Below are positions 1 through 14,145 of a DNA stretch of 64,000 nucleotides, one piece after another. Position numbers and translations under genes: made by a program. Source of the DNA: an uncultured delta proteobacterium (GTDB taxonomy: Bacteria; Myxococcota_A; UBA9160; SZUA-336); NCBI GenBank assembly GCA_963704165.1, contig CAVPHD010000004.1, forward strand, positions 254,429 to 318,428. Direction: 5' to 3'. The first letter of the stretch is position 1, and each line of letters opens with the position of its first letter. The notes beneath the pieces were generated by a model, which did not search any database, was not told the origin of the DNA, and saw only the letters and a program-made list of their open reading frames with translations.

Positions 1-702
1 GACGGACTGCGGCGTGCGGCGGACGTGCTCACGCACGTCACCGGCCAGCTCGGCTTCTGCGTGGCGCTCGAGAGCGAGCGCGTGCGTCTGAAGTGCCTGC
101 GCTTCGTGCGCGTCTCGAGCGAGCGCGTGATGGCGCTCCTGGTCTCGGAAGGCGACGTCGTGCGCACGCGTCTGCTCGACGAGCGAGAGTGTGACCAGCG
201 CAGGCTCGATCGCATTTCGGGCTCGCTCTCGCGGCTGGTCGCCGGCCTGACGCTCGAAGACGCCCGCGCCCGACTCTCGGCCGAGATCGACGGCGATCAC
301 GCGCAGCGCGACGCGCTCTGGCGAAAGCACCTCGCGCTCGGCCGGCTCGGGCTCGACGTCGAGATCGAGGCGGAGCTGTACGTCGGTGACCGCACGCAGA
401 TTCTCAACCAGCCCGAGTTCGAAGACGGCGCGCGGCTGCGCGAGCTGCTTCGCGCTCTCGACGAGAAGCAGCGCATGCTGGCGCTACTCGACAACGTCTT
501 GAAGGCCGGCGAGATGCGCGTCGTGATCGGAGAGGAGCTCGGCGATCCTCGTGTCGCGCGCTGTGCCGTGGTGGCGGAGCCGGTCGGCTCGGCACCCCTG
601 CGTGGCGGGCTCGGCGTGATCGGTCCGGTGCGCATGCGCTACGATCGGGTGATCCCGATGGTGCGCTACGTATCCGGGAAGCTCGGACCCGCCCTCGCCT
701 GA
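1..702 (+). CDS. hrcA: Heat-inducible transcription repressor HrcA (5' truncated by window edge)
   Basis: Frame open from base 1. C-terminal GxLGVIGPxRMxY motif (GGLGVIGPVRMRYDRVIP). Lies directly upstream of grpE-dnaK-dnaJ. Confidence 0.9.
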   Translation, partial: DGLRRAADVLTHVTGQLGFCVALESERVRLKCLRFVRVSSERVMALLVSEGDVVRTRLLDERECDQRRLDRISGSLSRLVAGLTLEDARARLSAEIDGDHAQRDALWRKHLALGRLGLDVEIEAELYVGDRTQILNQPEFEDGARLRELLRALDEKQRMLALLDNVLKAGEMRVVIGEELGDPRVARCAVVAEPVGSAPLRGGLGVIGPVRMRYDRVIPMVRYVSGKLGPALA

Positions 703-735
703 CACTTCACGGCGCGCGAGTCCGAAGGATAGGGA

Positions 736-1293
736 ATGAGCGACGCGAAGGGACCGAAGGTCGAGCTGCCCGAAGATCTGATGGCGGAACTCGAACACTC
801 TGGCGAAGCCAGACGGGAGTCCGCTCCGGAAGGGCCAGTCGTCGACGCGGCCGAGCTGGCCGACCTGAAGGAGCGCTATCTGCGCCTTGCCGCGGAGTAC
901 GACAACTTCCGCAAGCGGAATCTTCGCGAACGCCAGGATCTGCTCAACTACGCCAACGAGAGCATCGTCAAGGAGCTGTTGCCGGTCGTCGATAACCTGG
1001 AACGAGCCGTCGTCCACGGTCGCAGGGAGGAGCAGCAGGCCGACAGCGAGAATCTTCTGCAGGGGGTGGAGCTCACCCATCGGTCGCTCATGCAGATCCT
1101 CGGGCGCTTCGGCGTCGTCGAGATCGAGGCCGAGGGCAAGGAGTTCGATCCCCAAGTCCACGAAGCGGTGCGCCGAGTCGCGACCAGCGAGCATCCTCCC
1201 GGCACCGTCGTCGAGGTTCACCAGAAGGGTTACTTGCTGAAGGACCGACTGCTCCGCCCGGCCATGGTCGCGGTCGCAGGCGAACCGGGATAG
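736..1293 (+). CDS. grpE: Nucleotide exchange factor GrpE
   Basis: [38 protein letters not shown]-like [19 protein letters not shown]. Confidence 0.97.
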   Translation: MSDAKGPKVELPEDLMAELEHSGEARRESAPEGPVVDAAELADLKERYLRLAAEYDNFRKRNLRERQDLLNYANESIVKELLPVVDNLERAVVHGRREEQQADSENLLQGVELTHRSLMQILGRFGVVEIEAEGKEFDPQVHEAVRRVATSEHPPGTVVEVHQKGYLLKDRLLRPAMVAVAGEPG

Positions 1294-1340
1294 ATCGAGC
1301 CGAAGAGCCGACACACATCCCGGTGCGCGGATCGGGAGTG

Positions 1341-3203
1341 ATGGGAAGAGTCGTCGGAATCGATCTCGGCACCACGAACAGCTGCGTGGCGATCCTCGAG
1401 CGAGGGGAGCCGGTCGTCATCGCGAACAGCGAGGGCAGCCGCACCACCCCGTCGATCGTCGCCGCGAACATGAGTGGTGAGAGACTCTGCGGACAGATCG
1501 CAAAGCGCCAGGGGGTGACCAACCCGGCGAATACGGTCTACGCGGTGAAGCGCCTGATCGGCCGCCGCTTCGACGACGAGTGCGTCGAGCGCTTCCGCGC
1601 CGTCGCCCCATTCGAGATCTGCGAAGCACCGAGCGGTGACGCCTGGGTGAAGCTGCACGAGAAGGAGTGCAGCCCCGAGGAGATCTCTGCGCTCATCCTG
1701 AAGCGCATGAAGGAAACGGCGCAGGACTACCTCGGCGAGGAGGTGACCGAGGCCGTCATCACCGTGCCGGCCTACTTCAACGACGCACAGCGCCAGGCCA
1801 CCAAGGATGCCGGCCGGATCGCGGGCCTGAACGTGCTGCGCATCATCAACGAGCCGACCGCCGCGGCGCTGGCCTATGGGCTCGAGAAGGAAGGGCGCGA
1901 GACGATCGCGGTCTTCGATCTCGGCGGCGGAACCTTCGACGTCTCGATCCTGCGCATCGGAGACTCGGTCTTCGAGGTGCTCTCCACCAACGGCGACACG
2001 TATCTCGGCGGAGAGGACTTCGATCAGGTGATCATGAACTGGCTGGCGGACCGGTTCGCCGAGAAGAACCCGGGCAGCGATCTTCGTACCGATCCGATGG
2101 CGTTGCAGCGGCTCAAAGAAGCCGCGGAACGCGCCAAGCAGGAGCTCTCGTCTTCGGAAGAGACCGACGTGAACCTGCCGTTCATCGCCGCCGACGCCTC
2201 GAGCCCGAAGCACCTGACCGAGGTGGTCACGCGCTCCCAGATCGAGACGTTGGTCGCGGAGCTGATCGAGCGACTGGAAGCGCCCTGCGTGGCCGCGCTC
2301 GCGGACGCGGGCCTCGAGGCGAGCCAGGTCGATCGGGTGATCCTGGTCGGCGGAATGACGCGCATGCCGAGCGTGCAGGCGAAGGTCGAGCAGATCTTCG
2401 GCAAGGCACCGCATCGCGGTGTGAACCCGGACGAGGTCGTCGCGGTCGGAGCTGCGATCCAGGCGGGTGTGCTGAAGGGCGAGGCGGCGGACGTGCTGCT
2501 GCTCGACGTCACGCCGCTCTCGCTCGGCGTCGAGACGCAGGGCGGGATCATGACCAAGATCATCCTGCGCAACACGACGGTCCCGACCCGGAAGAGCGAG
2601 GTCTTCTCGACCACCGAGGACAACCAGAGTCTGGTTCGCATCCACGTCTTGCAGGGCGAGCGCGAACTCGCCGCCGACAACCAGACGCTCGGCCGCTTCG
2701 AGCTGATCGGCATTCCCCCGGCGCCGCGTGGCGTGCCGCAGATCGAGGTCAGCTTCGACATCGACGCGGACGGCATCCTGAACGTGAGTGCCAAGGAGCT
2801 CGGCACCGGTCGCGCGCAGCAGATCCGGGTCTCGGCCTCCGGCGGGTTGAGCCCGGACCAGATCGACCGGCTGGTCGAGGACGGCGCGACCCACGCGGAG
2901 AAGGACGCGGAGCGAAAAGCGGCGGTCGAGCTGCGAAACACGGGCGAGGGCCTGATCTACTCGGTGGAGCAGGCGCTCGATCTCTACGGTGCCCAGCTCG
3001 AGGCGAGCGAGCGCGCCGAGGTCGAGAGCGCCGTCGGGCGCGCGCGAAAGGCGCTGGCCGCCAGCGACATCGACGAGCAGCGCGTGGCCGTCGAGGATCT
3101 GCAGCAGCTCGCCTACCGGATGACCGAGGCGATGTACGAGCGGATCGACGGGGGCACCGCGGTCGCGGATCCGGCCTCGGACGACGAACTGATCGAGGAT
3201 TGA
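1341..3203 (+). CDS. dnaK: Hsp70 chaperone DnaK
   Basis: [50 protein letters not shown] at 1341 preferred over GTG at 1323. Confidence 0.97.
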   Translation: MGRVVGIDLGTTNSCVAILERGEPVVIANSEGSRTTPSIVAANMSGERLCGQIAKRQGVTNPANTVYAVKRLIGRRFDDECVERFRAVAPFEICEAPSGDAWVKLHEKECSPEEISALILKRMKETAQDYLGEEVTEAVITVPAYFNDAQRQATKDAGRIAGLNVLRIINEPTAAALAYGLEKEGRETIAVFDLGGGTFDVSILRIGDSVFEVLSTNGDTYLGGEDFDQVIMNWLADRFAEKNPGSDLRTDPMALQRLKEAAERAKQELSSSEETDVNLPFIAADASSPKHLTEVVTRSQIETLVAELIERLEAPCVAALADAGLEASQVDRVILVGGMTRMPSVQAKVEQIFGKAPHRGVNPDEVVAVGAAIQAGVLKGEAADVLLLDVTPLSLGVETQGGIMTKIILRNTTVPTRKSEVFSTTEDNQSLVRIHVLQGERELAADNQTLGRFELIGIPPAPRGVPQIEVSFDIDADGILNVSAKELGTGRAQQIRVSASGGLSPDQIDRLVEDGATHAEKDAERKAAVELRNTGEGLIYSVEQALDLYGAQLEASERAEVESAVGRARKALAASDIDEQRVAVEDLQQLAYRMTEAMYERIDGGTAVADPASDDELIED

Positions 3204-3258
3204 GGCCGGCGGCCGGGCTTGCGCGGGACGATCGAGGCCATAGCCTAGGCGCGCCCCG

Positions 3259-4359
3259 ATGAAGCGCGACTACTACGAGATCCTGGGTGTGGCGCGGGAC
3301 GTGAGCCCGGAGGACCTGAAGAAGGCCTACCGAAAGCTCGCCCATCAGTTCCATCCCGACAAAAACCCCGGCAACCCGGAGGCCGAGGCCGAGTTCAAGG
3401 CGGCCAGCGAAGCCTATGCCGTGCTCTCGGACCCGGAGAAGCGCGCGCAGTACGACCGGGTCGGGCACTCCGCGTTCGGGGCCGGTCAGGGCGGCGACCC
3501 GTTCGCGGGCTTCGATCCGTTCACGAGCTTCGGCGATTTGTTCTCCGAGTTCTTTGGCGGCGACATCTTCGGCCGGAACGGCCGCGGCGGGCGGGGCCGG
3601 CGAGGGGCGGACCTGCGCTACGACCTCGAGGTCGATTTCGGAGTCGCCGCCCTCGGCGGCGAGCAGACGCTGAAGATCCCCAAGCACAAGGCGTGCGCCG
3701 CCTGCTCGGGTGTGGGCGGTGAGCGCGAGACCTGTCCGCGCTGCGGCGGCCGGGGCCAGATCGCGCTGCAGCAGGGCTTCTTCCGCATGGCGCGAACCTG
3801 CGACCGCTGCAGCGGGCTGGGCCAGAGCCTGAAGCGCGCCTGCGCGGAGTGCCGCGGCAAGGGACGGATCGAGACGCTGCAGTCGCTCACCGTGCGCATT
3901 CCCGAGGGCGTCGATACGGGGGTGCGGCTGCGGCTCCAGAGCGAAGGCGAGGCTGGCTACGACGGCGGCCCGCCGGGCGATCTCTTCGTCGTCATCCACG
4001 TCCGGGAGCATCCGCTCTTCGAGCGTGACGGCACGGATCTCCACTGCGAGATCCCGATCTCGATCGCGCAGGCGGCGCTCGGCTGCGAGGTCGAGGTGCC
4101 CAACCTCGACGGCAAGGAAACCGTCACGCTGAAGGCGGGCACGCAGTCCGGCGATCTCGTCCGCTGCCGCGGTCGCGGGCTTCCGAGGCTCGGTGGCGGT
4201 CCGCGTGGCGACATCGTCGCGCGAATCTTCGTCGAGGTCCCGTCGAAGCTCGACGCCCGCCAGCGCGAACTGCTCGAGGAGTTCGCGAGGATCACCGGCG
4301 ACGAGGTCTCGCCACGCCGACGGGGATTCCTCGACAAGCTTCGGGACCTGTTCGAGTGA
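3259..4359 (+). CDS. dnaJ: Chaperone DnaJ
   Basis: J domain (DYYEILG...HPDKN), G/F region, four CxxCxGxG zinc-finger repeats. Confidence 0.97.
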   Translation: MKRDYYEILGVARDVSPEDLKKAYRKLAHQFHPDKNPGNPEAEAEFKAASEAYAVLSDPEKRAQYDRVGHSAFGAGQGGDPFAGFDPFTSFGDLFSEFFGGDIFGRNGRGGRGRRGADLRYDLEVDFGVAALGGEQTLKIPKHKACAACSGVGGERETCPRCGGRGQIALQQGFFRMARTCDRCSGLGQSLKRACAECRGKGRIETLQSLTVRIPEGVDTGVRLRLQSEGEAGYDGGPPGDLFVVIHVREHPLFERDGTDLHCEIPISIAQAALGCEVEVPNLDGKETVTLKAGTQSGDLVRCRGRGLPRLGGGPRGDIVARIFVEVPSKLDARQRELLEEFARITGDEVSPRRRGFLDKLRDLFE

Positions 4360-6317
4360 GCGCGCGGCCGCTCGCCCGGGCGGCGCTCGTGGCTGCGCTC
4401 GCGTTGTCGTGCGCGCAGCCGTCGGTCGTGCGCGAAGGTCGGGCGGTGGCCTACGAGAGCGCCGCGAAGTCCGATCTCGACGCCGCGCGGGCATGGCTCG
4501 CCAAGGGCGACCCGGCGCGTGCGGAGCAGGTTCTGGTCCGGTTCCAGACCGAGCTTGCCAAGAGCAAGCACGCCGACGAGGCGCTCTACCTGATGGGCGA
4601 GGCGCAGCTCGCCAGGCGAGAGCCCGCGCGCGCGGCTTCGAGCTGGCAACGACTCGTCGAGACCTACCCCAAGAGCCCGTACAACGTCGATGCCGCGATG
4701 CGCGCCGCCACGATCTACGGCGAGCTCGATCGGCCCGACGACGGGCGAAGGTTGCTCGAGCGCTCGAGCTTCGAGAGCGTGACGGCGCCGCGGCGCGCGC
4801 GCCTGTTCCGATTGCAAGCGGACCTCGCGCGCGCCTCGGGCGACTGGCCCGCGGCGGTGTACGCGCTCGCTCTCACGCGACGGGACTCCCGCAAGCCGGC
4901 CAAGCTCGCGGAGCTCGACGCCGAGATCGACGAACTCATCGATGGCCGCTTGCGCGAACCCGAGCTCGACGCGCTCGCACGCAAGCTGCCGCGTGGGCCC
5001 GTCAGCGATCGGGTGAACCTGACGTTGGCGAGCCGCGCGCTCGCGCGCAACGACACCGCGACCGCGCGCAAAGCGCTCGCGCGCCTGCCGAGTCAGCTCT
5101 CGGACGGCGATGCGGCCGCTCGCGATCGTCTGCTCGCGCGTGCCTCGGACCAGGGCGCCGGGGTCGGAGCGACACTCGGGCTGGTTCTTCCACTCTCGGG
5201 TCCATACGAGAGGATTGGCGAATCGATCCTGCGCGGGTTCGTCCTCGCCTCGGAGATCTACGGCGAGACGCCCTCGCGGCTCCGGCTGCTGGTCCGGGAT
5301 TCGGGCGGCGATGCCGACCGCGCGGCCGAGGCCACGCGCGAGCTCGCGGCCGCGGGTGTCGTCGCGGTCGTCGGCCCGGTGCGCTCGAGCGAGACCGCCG
5401 CCGCCGCAGTGGTCGCCGAGGAGGCGCGGATACCGCTGCTCAGCTTCGCGCGTCGCGACGAAGTGGCCGATCTCGGTGAGTTCGTATTTCGCCTCGGCCT
5501 CACACCCGCGGACCAGGCGTTCGAGCTCGCGCGCTTCTGCGCGGAGCAACGCGGTTGCCGCCGCTACGCGATCCTGTATCCGGACGACGACTACGGAACG
5601 AGCTTCAAGAACCGCTTCTGGGATGCGATCGAGGCCAACGGCGGAAGCGTCGTCGCGATCGAGAGCTACCCACCCGGCTCCGTCGATTGGCAGAGCCAGA
5701 TCAAGCTCCTCGTCGGGCTCGAGCCGCTTTCCCCCGGTGAGCGCGAGCGCGTGAAGGAGCGCGACAAGCTGCGCAGGAACGCGGTCGCGAACGCCGAGCG
5801 CTTGGCCGCACCCGAGCTGATGGGTCTTCCACCCTACGTCGATTTCGACGCGATCTTCATCCCCGATGACGCCGCGAGCGTCGGATTGATCCTGCCCCAG
5901 CTGCGCTTCTTCGACGTTCGCGACGTGGTGGTTCTCGGCGGCAGCGGCTGGAACGACCCGGCGCTGGTGAAGATCGCTTCGCGCGAGGCGACGCGTTCGG
6001 TGTTCACCGACGAGTTCTTCGCGGACAGCGCGCGACCCGAGGTGGCGGAGTTCGTGCGCCGGTTCAGCGAGAGCTTCGGCAACACGCCGGACGCGTACGC
6101 CGCCGAGGGATTCGACGCCGCCGTGGTCCTGCGTGCCGCGCTGATCGACGGCGAAGGGGCCGACGGTCGCTTCGTTCGCGATCGACTGCTAGCACTACCC
6201 GTGCGTGCCGGCGTCACCGGACTCGGATCGTTCGACGCCGCGGGCAGCGCCCGCAAGTCACTCGAGTTCCTGACCGTGCGCGGTTCCGCCATCGTCGCCA
6301 CGACGCCTCCGGAATAG
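4356..6317 (+). CDS. Lipoprotein with TPR N-terminus and periplasmic-binding-protein C-terminus (LpoA/LppC-like PBP activator)
   Basis: Lipobox ALSC; TPR-like helices ([11 protein letters not shown]); [21 protein letters not shown] and VAVVGP type-I PBP motifs. Confidence 0.75.
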   Translation: MSARPLARAALVAALALSCAQPSVVREGRAVAYESAAKSDLDAARAWLAKGDPARAEQVLVRFQTELAKSKHADEALYLMGEAQLARREPARAASSWQRLVETYPKSPYNVDAAMRAATIYGELDRPDDGRRLLERSSFESVTAPRRARLFRLQADLARASGDWPAAVYALALTRRDSRKPAKLAELDAEIDELIDGRLREPELDALARKLPRGPVSDRVNLTLASRALARNDTATARKALARLPSQLSDGDAAARDRLLARASDQGAGVGATLGLVLPLSGPYERIGESILRGFVLASEIYGETPSRLRLLVRDSGGDADRAAEATRELAAAGVVAVVGPVRSSETAAAAVVAEEARIPLLSFARRDEVADLGEFVFRLGLTPADQAFELARFCAEQRGCRRYAILYPDDDYGTSFKNRFWDAIEANGGSVVAIESYPPGSVDWQSQIKLLVGLEPLSPGERERVKERDKLRRNAVANAERLAAPELMGLPPYVDFDAIFIPDDAASVGLILPQLRFFDVRDVVVLGGSGWNDPALVKIASREATRSVFTDEFFADSARPEVAEFVRRFSESFGNTPDAYAAEGFDAAVVLRAALIDGEGADGRFVRDRLLALPVRAGVTGLGSFDAAGSARKSLEFLTVRGSAIVATTPPE

Positions 6318-6375
6318 GCGCTGCGCGCAGGTCTGCGCATCAAGATCCGAAGATCGCGAGTCGATTTCCTATCTC

Positions 6376-8778
<2,403 letters not shown>

Positions 8779-8825
8779 CGGGGCCGGGCGCTGCGCGCCG
8801 CGATCGCCGCGCCTAGTATCGGCGC

Positions 8826-9839
8826 GTGGACCTGCGAACCCTGGGCGAGTTCGGGCTGATCGAGGCCATCCGAAGGCGCGCGCGCGTCGATCGGCGTGTC
8901 TGGCGGCTCGGAATCGGCGACGATGCGGCGATCCTGCGCGCGCGTCCGCGAGAGGACCTCGTTCTGACGACGGACGCGCTGGTCGAGGACGTGCACTTCC
9001 GCTGGATCACGACGGACGCGCGCTCGCTCGGTGAGAAGTCGCTCGCCGTGAATCTCTCGGACATCGGCGCGATGGGCGCGAAAGCGCTCGGATGTCTGCT
9101 CACCCTCGGCGTGCCCGGGAGCGTCGAGTCGTCGCAGCTCGACGGCTTTCTCTCGGGTCTCCTCCGGCTCGCACGTGCGAGTCACTGCCCGCTCGTCGGA
9201 GGAGACACCGTGCGAGCTCCGCAGTGGCTGATCAACGTGACCGTCGTCGGCGCGGTCACGAGCGGCCGCGCATTGCTGCGCTCGGGCGCGCGCGCGGGCG
9301 ACCGGATCTTCGTCACCGGGGACCTCGGCGGCGCGGCGGCGGGGTTGGCGCTCCTCTCCGGTCCCGGTGTTTCGACGGCCGCCGAGCGACGCCTGGCCGC
9401 ACGTCAGCTGCGGCCGCGTCCGCCATTCGGCGCCGGCTCGGCGCTCGTGCGCGGTCGGCTCGCGCGCGCCGCGATCGACGTCTCGGACGGGCTCGTCCAG
9501 GACCTGGGCCACGTCGCGCGGGAGAGCGGCGTGGCCGCGCGCGTCGATGTCGAGCGCGTCCCGATCGCGAGCGGACTCGCGCGCACTGCCTCGCGGTTGG
9601 GTCTCGATCCACTCGGCCTCGCGCTCGCGGGGGGCGAGGACTACGAGCTGCTCTACGCGTCGCCCCCGGAACGGGGAACGGCGGCTTCTCATGCCCGCAA
9701 GCTCGGCTGCCGCGTCACGGAGATCGGAGTTTTCACCCCGGGCTCCGGTGTGCATTTCGTGCGCGCCGGGCGCAGATACGAGCCCGAAGCTGCCGGTTTT
9801 CAGCACTTCAAGCCGGCCCGCGCAGACTCCGAGAAGTAG
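8826..9839 (+). CDS. thiL: Thiamine-monophosphate kinase
   Basis: [48 protein letters not shown]. Confidence 0.95.
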   Translation: MDLRTLGEFGLIEAIRRRARVDRRVWRLGIGDDAAILRARPREDLVLTTDALVEDVHFRWITTDARSLGEKSLAVNLSDIGAMGAKALGCLLTLGVPGSVESSQLDGFLSGLLRLARASHCPLVGGDTVRAPQWLINVTVVGAVTSGRALLRSGARAGDRIFVTGDLGGAAAGLALLSGPGVSTAAERRLAARQLRPRPPFGAGSALVRGRLARAAIDVSDGLVQDLGHVARESGVAARVDVERVPIASGLARTASRLGLDPLGLALAGGEDYELLYASPPERGTAASHARKLGCRVTEIGVFTPGSGVHFVRAGRRYEPEAAGFQHFKPARADSEK

Positions 9840-9883
9840 CGAGATGGCCGCATTTCGCGGCGAACTTGCGTTCGGAAGGGCTC

Positions 9884-11134
9884 GTGCGGTTCGACCTCTC
9901 CCAGAAGCTCGTACTCGGCTTCACCACGGCAATCGCCATCGGTGCTGGAATCACTCCGGCTCTGCACTGGCTCGGCGTGCCCGGGTGGGGCGCGTTCTTC
10001 GTCGTGATGCTGCTCGGGATCGGGCTGGGCTGGGTCTACGCGGGACAGATCACCGCGAACTTCCGCACGCTGCGCGGCTGCACCGAGCGGATCAGCCGCG
10101 GCGACCTGACGGCCGAGATCGACATCGAGGCCGGGCGCCGATTTCCGGACGAAACCGTGGACCTCGCGCGTTCCGTCGGTGGGATGCTGCAGAAGCTCCG
10201 CGAGCTCGTCGATCACATCCAGCGCGCGGCCGAGGAGGTCGCACAGTCCTCGCGTGACGTCGCGACCTCGTCGCAGAGCGTGAACAGCACGAGTCACGCA
10301 CTCGGCGCGACCATGGAGACCGTCTCCTCCGGCGCCGGACAGCAGCAACGGGACGTCGAGCAGATCCGAGCGCGCATCCACGACATCGCCGACTCACTGC
10401 GCGCGAACGCCGATGCCGCACGCCGTGCGTCGTTGCTGACGAGCGAGGCCAGCCAGAGGGCGACCGCGGGCGTGGACGTCTCGCGGCTTTCGCAGGCGAA
10501 GATGGAGAGCCTGTTCGAGCGAATCGAGCAGGCGGGGCACCGGGTCGAGAGCTTCGAGGGCAAGATCCACTCGGTCCATCGCGTCACCGAGATGATCTCG
10601 AGCGTCGTCGAGAAGACGCACCTGCTCTCGCTCAATGCGTCGATCGAGGCGGCGCGTGCGGGAGACGCGGGCCGGGGTTTCTCGGTCGTCGCCGAGGAGA
10701 TCCGCAAGCTCGCCGAGAGCGCGGGCAGCTCCGCCGAGCAGATCGAGGATCTGATTCGCGAGCTCGAAGAGGAGTCGAAGCGGATTTCGCAGGCGACGCT
10801 CGCGATGCGCGACGACGTGCGCGGTGGCCGACAGGACCTCGAGGCGATCTTCGTCGCGCTCGAGAAGGTCCAGGGTGCGGTCACCGAGGCCTCGAATCGC
10901 GCCGAGGACATCTTCCAGAAGGCCGGCAGCCAGGCCGCGGACTCCGAGCGCATGGTCGGCGACGTCGAGCGCGTGGCGATGGTCGTCGGGCAGAACGCCA
11001 AGGCGATGAACGAGATGCGCGGCGGACTCGCCGCCCAGACACGCACGATGGAACAGCTGGTGCGCGAGGCCGCGCGCCTGTCGGACATGTCGGTCGAGCT
11101 CGGCGAGGTCGCTCGCCGGTTCCGGACCCGGTAG
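9884..11134 (+). CDS. Methyl-accepting chemotaxis protein, DifA-like (two TM helices, no periplasmic sensor, HAMP, signalling domain)
   Basis: GTG at 9884. Two closely spaced hydrophobic helices, then HAMP, then [32 protein letters not shown]. The longer ORF start at 9092 overlaps thiL. Confidence 0.92.
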   Translation: MRFDLSQKLVLGFTTAIAIGAGITPALHWLGVPGWGAFFVVMLLGIGLGWVYAGQITANFRTLRGCTERISRGDLTAEIDIEAGRRFPDETVDLARSVGGMLQKLRELVDHIQRAAEEVAQSSRDVATSSQSVNSTSHALGATMETVSSGAGQQQRDVEQIRARIHDIADSLRANADAARRASLLTSEASQRATAGVDVSRLSQAKMESLFERIEQAGHRVESFEGKIHSVHRVTEMISSVVEKTHLLSLNASIEAARAGDAGRGFSVVAEEIRKLAESAGSSAEQIEDLIRELEEESKRISQATLAMRDDVRGGRQDLEAIFVALEKVQGAVTEASNRAEDIFQKAGSQAADSERMVGDVERVAMVVGQNAKAMNEMRGGLAAQTRTMEQLVREAARLSDMSVELGEVARRFRTR

Positions 11135-11148
11135 GCGAGGGCGGGAGC

Positions 11149-11616
11149 ATGGAAAAGACCCCATGGCTGCGCTTCGAAGTCTCCGGGCAGGCGTACGCGA
11201 TTCCGCTCGCGTCGGTCGTCGAGGTCACGGGTGCCGTTCGTCCGCACTTGATCCCGCGCATCCCGCTCGACATCGGCGGGGTTCTCAACGTGCGCGGCGA
11301 ACCGCTGCCCGCGGTCGACGGCGGCGCGCTGCTGACGGGATCGAGCTCGAAAGGACACCGTCACGTGTTGGTTCTCGAGCGCAGCGCGCTGCGGATCGGC
11401 GTGCTGGTCGGACAGGTGCGACGGATCGAACGCGAGCTCGCGACGGAGCCGCAGGCGCAAGGCTCGGCGGAAGCCGAACTCGTGCGTTGGGTGAATCAGG
11501 ATGATTCCGCCCTGGGGCTGGTCGACCCCGAAGGGCTGATCGAACGGGCGACGATGCTGCTCACGGATCAACGCAAGCAGCCGGGAGGACAGGAGTCATG
11601 GCACACCGGATTCTGA
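11149..11616 (+). CDS. cheW: CheW coupling protein
   Basis: [23 protein letters not shown]...[22 protein letters not shown]. Confidence 0.9.
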   Translation: MEKTPWLRFEVSGQAYAIPLASVVEVTGAVRPHLIPRIPLDIGGVLNVRGEPLPAVDGGALLTGSSSKGHRHVLVLERSALRIGVLVGQVRRIERELATEPQAQGSAEAELVRWVNQDDSALGLVDPEGLIERATMLLTDQRKQPGGQESWHTGF

Positions 11617-11972
11617 TCGCGGACGACGCTGCATTCATGCGTGAGATGCTGCGCGACATACTGACGGACGGGGGCTACGAGATCGTGGGCGAGGCCGCCG
11701 ACGGCAACGAGGCCGTCTCGGCCTTCGCCAAGCATCTCCCCGACCTGCTGACACTGGACATCGTGATGCCGCGCAAGAGCGGCCTCGAGGCGCTGCGCGA
11801 GATCACCGCGGCGCATCCGGGCGCTTGCGTGGTGATGTGCAGCGCACTGGGCCAGGAAGCGCTCGTGATGGAAGCTCTCGAGGCCGGTGCGCGCGACTTC
11901 ATCGTCAAGCCCTTCAAGCCGGACCACGTTCTCGAGGTGGCGCAGAAGGCTCTCGCGAAGTCCGACGACTGA
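11598..11972 (+). CDS. cheY: CheY-like single-domain response regulator
   Basis: ILIADD, TLDIVMP, MCSALGQ, FIVKPF. Confidence 0.95.
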   Translation: MAHRILIADDAAFMREMLRDILTDGGYEIVGEAADGNEAVSAFAKHLPDLLTLDIVMPRKSGLEALREITAAHPGACVVMCSALGQEALVMEALEAGARDFIVKPFKPDHVLEVAQKALAKSDD

Positions 11973-11985
11973 CCCGGGACCTCTC

Positions 11986-13583
11986 CTGAACCTCGAGAAG
12001 TACAGGACGCTCTTCGTCGACGAGGCGGGTGACCATCTCCAGGAGATGGGTCGCGCGCTCGCGGCGCTGTCCGCCGGCGACGAACCGGTCGAGAGCGCGA
12101 TCGACACGCTCTTCCGCATGGCCCACTCGATCAAGGGCATGGCGGCGTCTCTCGACTACGATGCGGTCTCGTCGCTCGCACATCGGCTCGAGGACTGGAT
12201 GGAGCCGCTTCGCGCGGGCGCCGACTTCGATCGTTCGCAACTCGATCTGCTCGCCGAGGCGATCGCCGCGCTCGAAGAGATGGTCGCCTGTGTAGACGAG
12301 AACGGTGTTCCCGCCGAGGCGCGCGAGGATCTGCTCGCGCGGCTCGCGCAGAAACGCGAAGACGCGACCGCGATTCAGCCCGGGCTCAAAAAAAAACTTC
12401 CGAGACCGCGGCAGCGCCGCTCCCACGCACGGTTCGCGTTCGCACGGAGGCGATCGACCGCTTCCTGGCCGCGGTAGGCGTGCTGATGCAGGGCCAGGCT
12501 CGCCTGGAGGAACTGCACCGGGAGGCGCCCTACTGGACCGGACACGGCGCGTTCAACGACGAGCTGGACCAGCTCGCGCGCGTCGTCCGCGACCTGCGCC
12601 GCCATGCGCTCGACATCCGAATCACTCCTGTGCGGCGAATTCTGGAGCGCTTGCCGCGCGTGGCGCAGGACCTGGCCCGCGAGCTCGGGAAGCTCGTTCG
12701 CGTCGAGTTGGTCGGGGAAGAGGTCGAGGTCGATCGGGCGGTGCTCGACCACCTCGACGATTCGCTTCTGCACCTCGTCCGCAACGCGATCGACCACGGT
12801 CTCGAGACCGAGGCGGAGCGACGGGCCGCGGGCAAGGATCCCGTCGGGACGCTGCGCATGCGCGCGTCGCGCGTGGCCGGCCGGCTGCAGATGCGGCTCG
12901 AGGAGGACGGGCGCGGGATCGAGATCGAGAAGGTCCGCCGGCGCGCCATCGAGCGCGGTCTCCTGCTCGAGATGGTGGCCGAGGATCTGCCGCCGGGTCG
13001 GATTCTCGAGTTCATCTTCGAGCCCGGAATCTCCACACGCGACAGTGTCAGCGACATCTCCGGCCGGGGCGTCGGACTCGACGCCGTGAAGCGACAGATC
13101 GAAGCCCTCGGTGGAACGATCTCCGTCGAGAGCAGCCCCGGAAAGGGAACCGCGTTCCTGCTGGACCTGCCCTCGATGGTCGCGTTGCAGCGGGTGCTCG
13201 TGCTGCAGGTGGCGGGTGAGCGCGTCGCGCTGCCGATCTCGACCGTCGAGGCGGTGCTCTCGGTCGAGGAAGCGGCGATCGAGCGGGCCGGTGTCGACGC
13301 CTTCTTCATGCTGAAGGAGGAGCCCCTGCCGCTCGTCGATCTGGGACCGCGACTCGGCGTGGCCAGGACTCGCGCGACGGGCGGCTGTGTCGTCGTCGTG
13401 GAGGCGCGCGGCTTCAAGCTCGGTCTGCTGGTGGACCGCGTGATCGACGACCTCGAAGTCTTCGTGCGCGAGACGCCGCCACCCCTGCGCGAGCTGGCAC
13501 CGCTCGGCGGCGTCGCGATCCTGCGCGACGGCACACCCGTCTTCCTGCTCGAGATCATCTCGCTCGTGGAGAACTTTCCATGA
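11986..13583 (+). CDS. cheA: CheA histidine kinase, split by a -1 frame change at the A9 run 12388-12396 (Hpt 11986-12477; dimerisation, kinase and CheW domains in the -1 frame)
   Basis: Hpt LFRMAHSIKGMAA. The -1 frame after the A run reads KTSETAAAPLPRTVRVRTEAIDRF, then HLVRNAIDHG, EDGRGI, FEPGIST, SGRGVGLDAV. Start is probably CTG at 11986. Confidence 0.92.
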
Positions 13584-14134
13584 GCGATGCGTCCGATCGG
13601 CTCGCCGAGATCGCGAACATCTGCGCGGGCCACGCCTCGAGCGCGCTCGCGGAGCTGCTCGACGCGACGCTCCTGTTCGAGCCGCCGACCGTCCATCGGC
13701 TCGCCGCCGGTCGGCCGCTCGATACGCTCTTCGACCGCGAGGACCGCGTCGCCGCCGTCTTCGTCGAGCTCGAGGGCGTGTTCTGCGCGGAGGCCGCGAT
13801 CCTGCTTTCCGCGACCGCGGTCGAGGAAGTGCTCGCGCGCGTCGCCGGCAAGAGCGCGGACGAAACCTCCGAGGTCTCCGCGCTCACGGTCCTCGCAGAA
13901 GTCGGAAACATCGCGCTCTCCGCCGCAGCGAATGCGCTCGCTCTGCTGCTCGGCGGGCGATCCCTTCCCTCGGTGCCGCGCGCGGGCTACGCGCGTCAGG
14001 GCAGGTTGACGATGCATGAACTCTCGCGCAGCTCGCCCGACGCTCGCACGGTGGTGGTCGTGGAGCTGGTCGAACGCGCGGGTCCGCTGCGTCTGCATTT
14101 CGCGATCGCGCCAGCGGACGAGGCGATCGACTAG
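13580..14134 (+). CDS. cheC: CheC-like phosphatase
   Basis: Two ExxN motifs (LAEIANICAGHASSAL; LAEVGNIALSAAANAL); position after cheA. Confidence 0.88.
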   Translation: MSDASDRLAEIANICAGHASSALAELLDATLLFEPPTVHRLAAGRPLDTLFDREDRVAAVFVELEGVFCAEAAILLSATAVEEVLARVAGKSADETSEVSALTVLAEVGNIALSAAANALALLLGGRSLPSVPRAGYARQGRLTMHELSRSSPDARTVVVVELVERAGPLRLHFAIAPADEAID

Positions 14135-14145
14135 ACTCTCTCGCG

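Noticed and set aside
703-1340. CIRCE element before grpE or dnaK
   Set aside because: None seen; the operator for this operon would lie upstream of hrcA, outside the window
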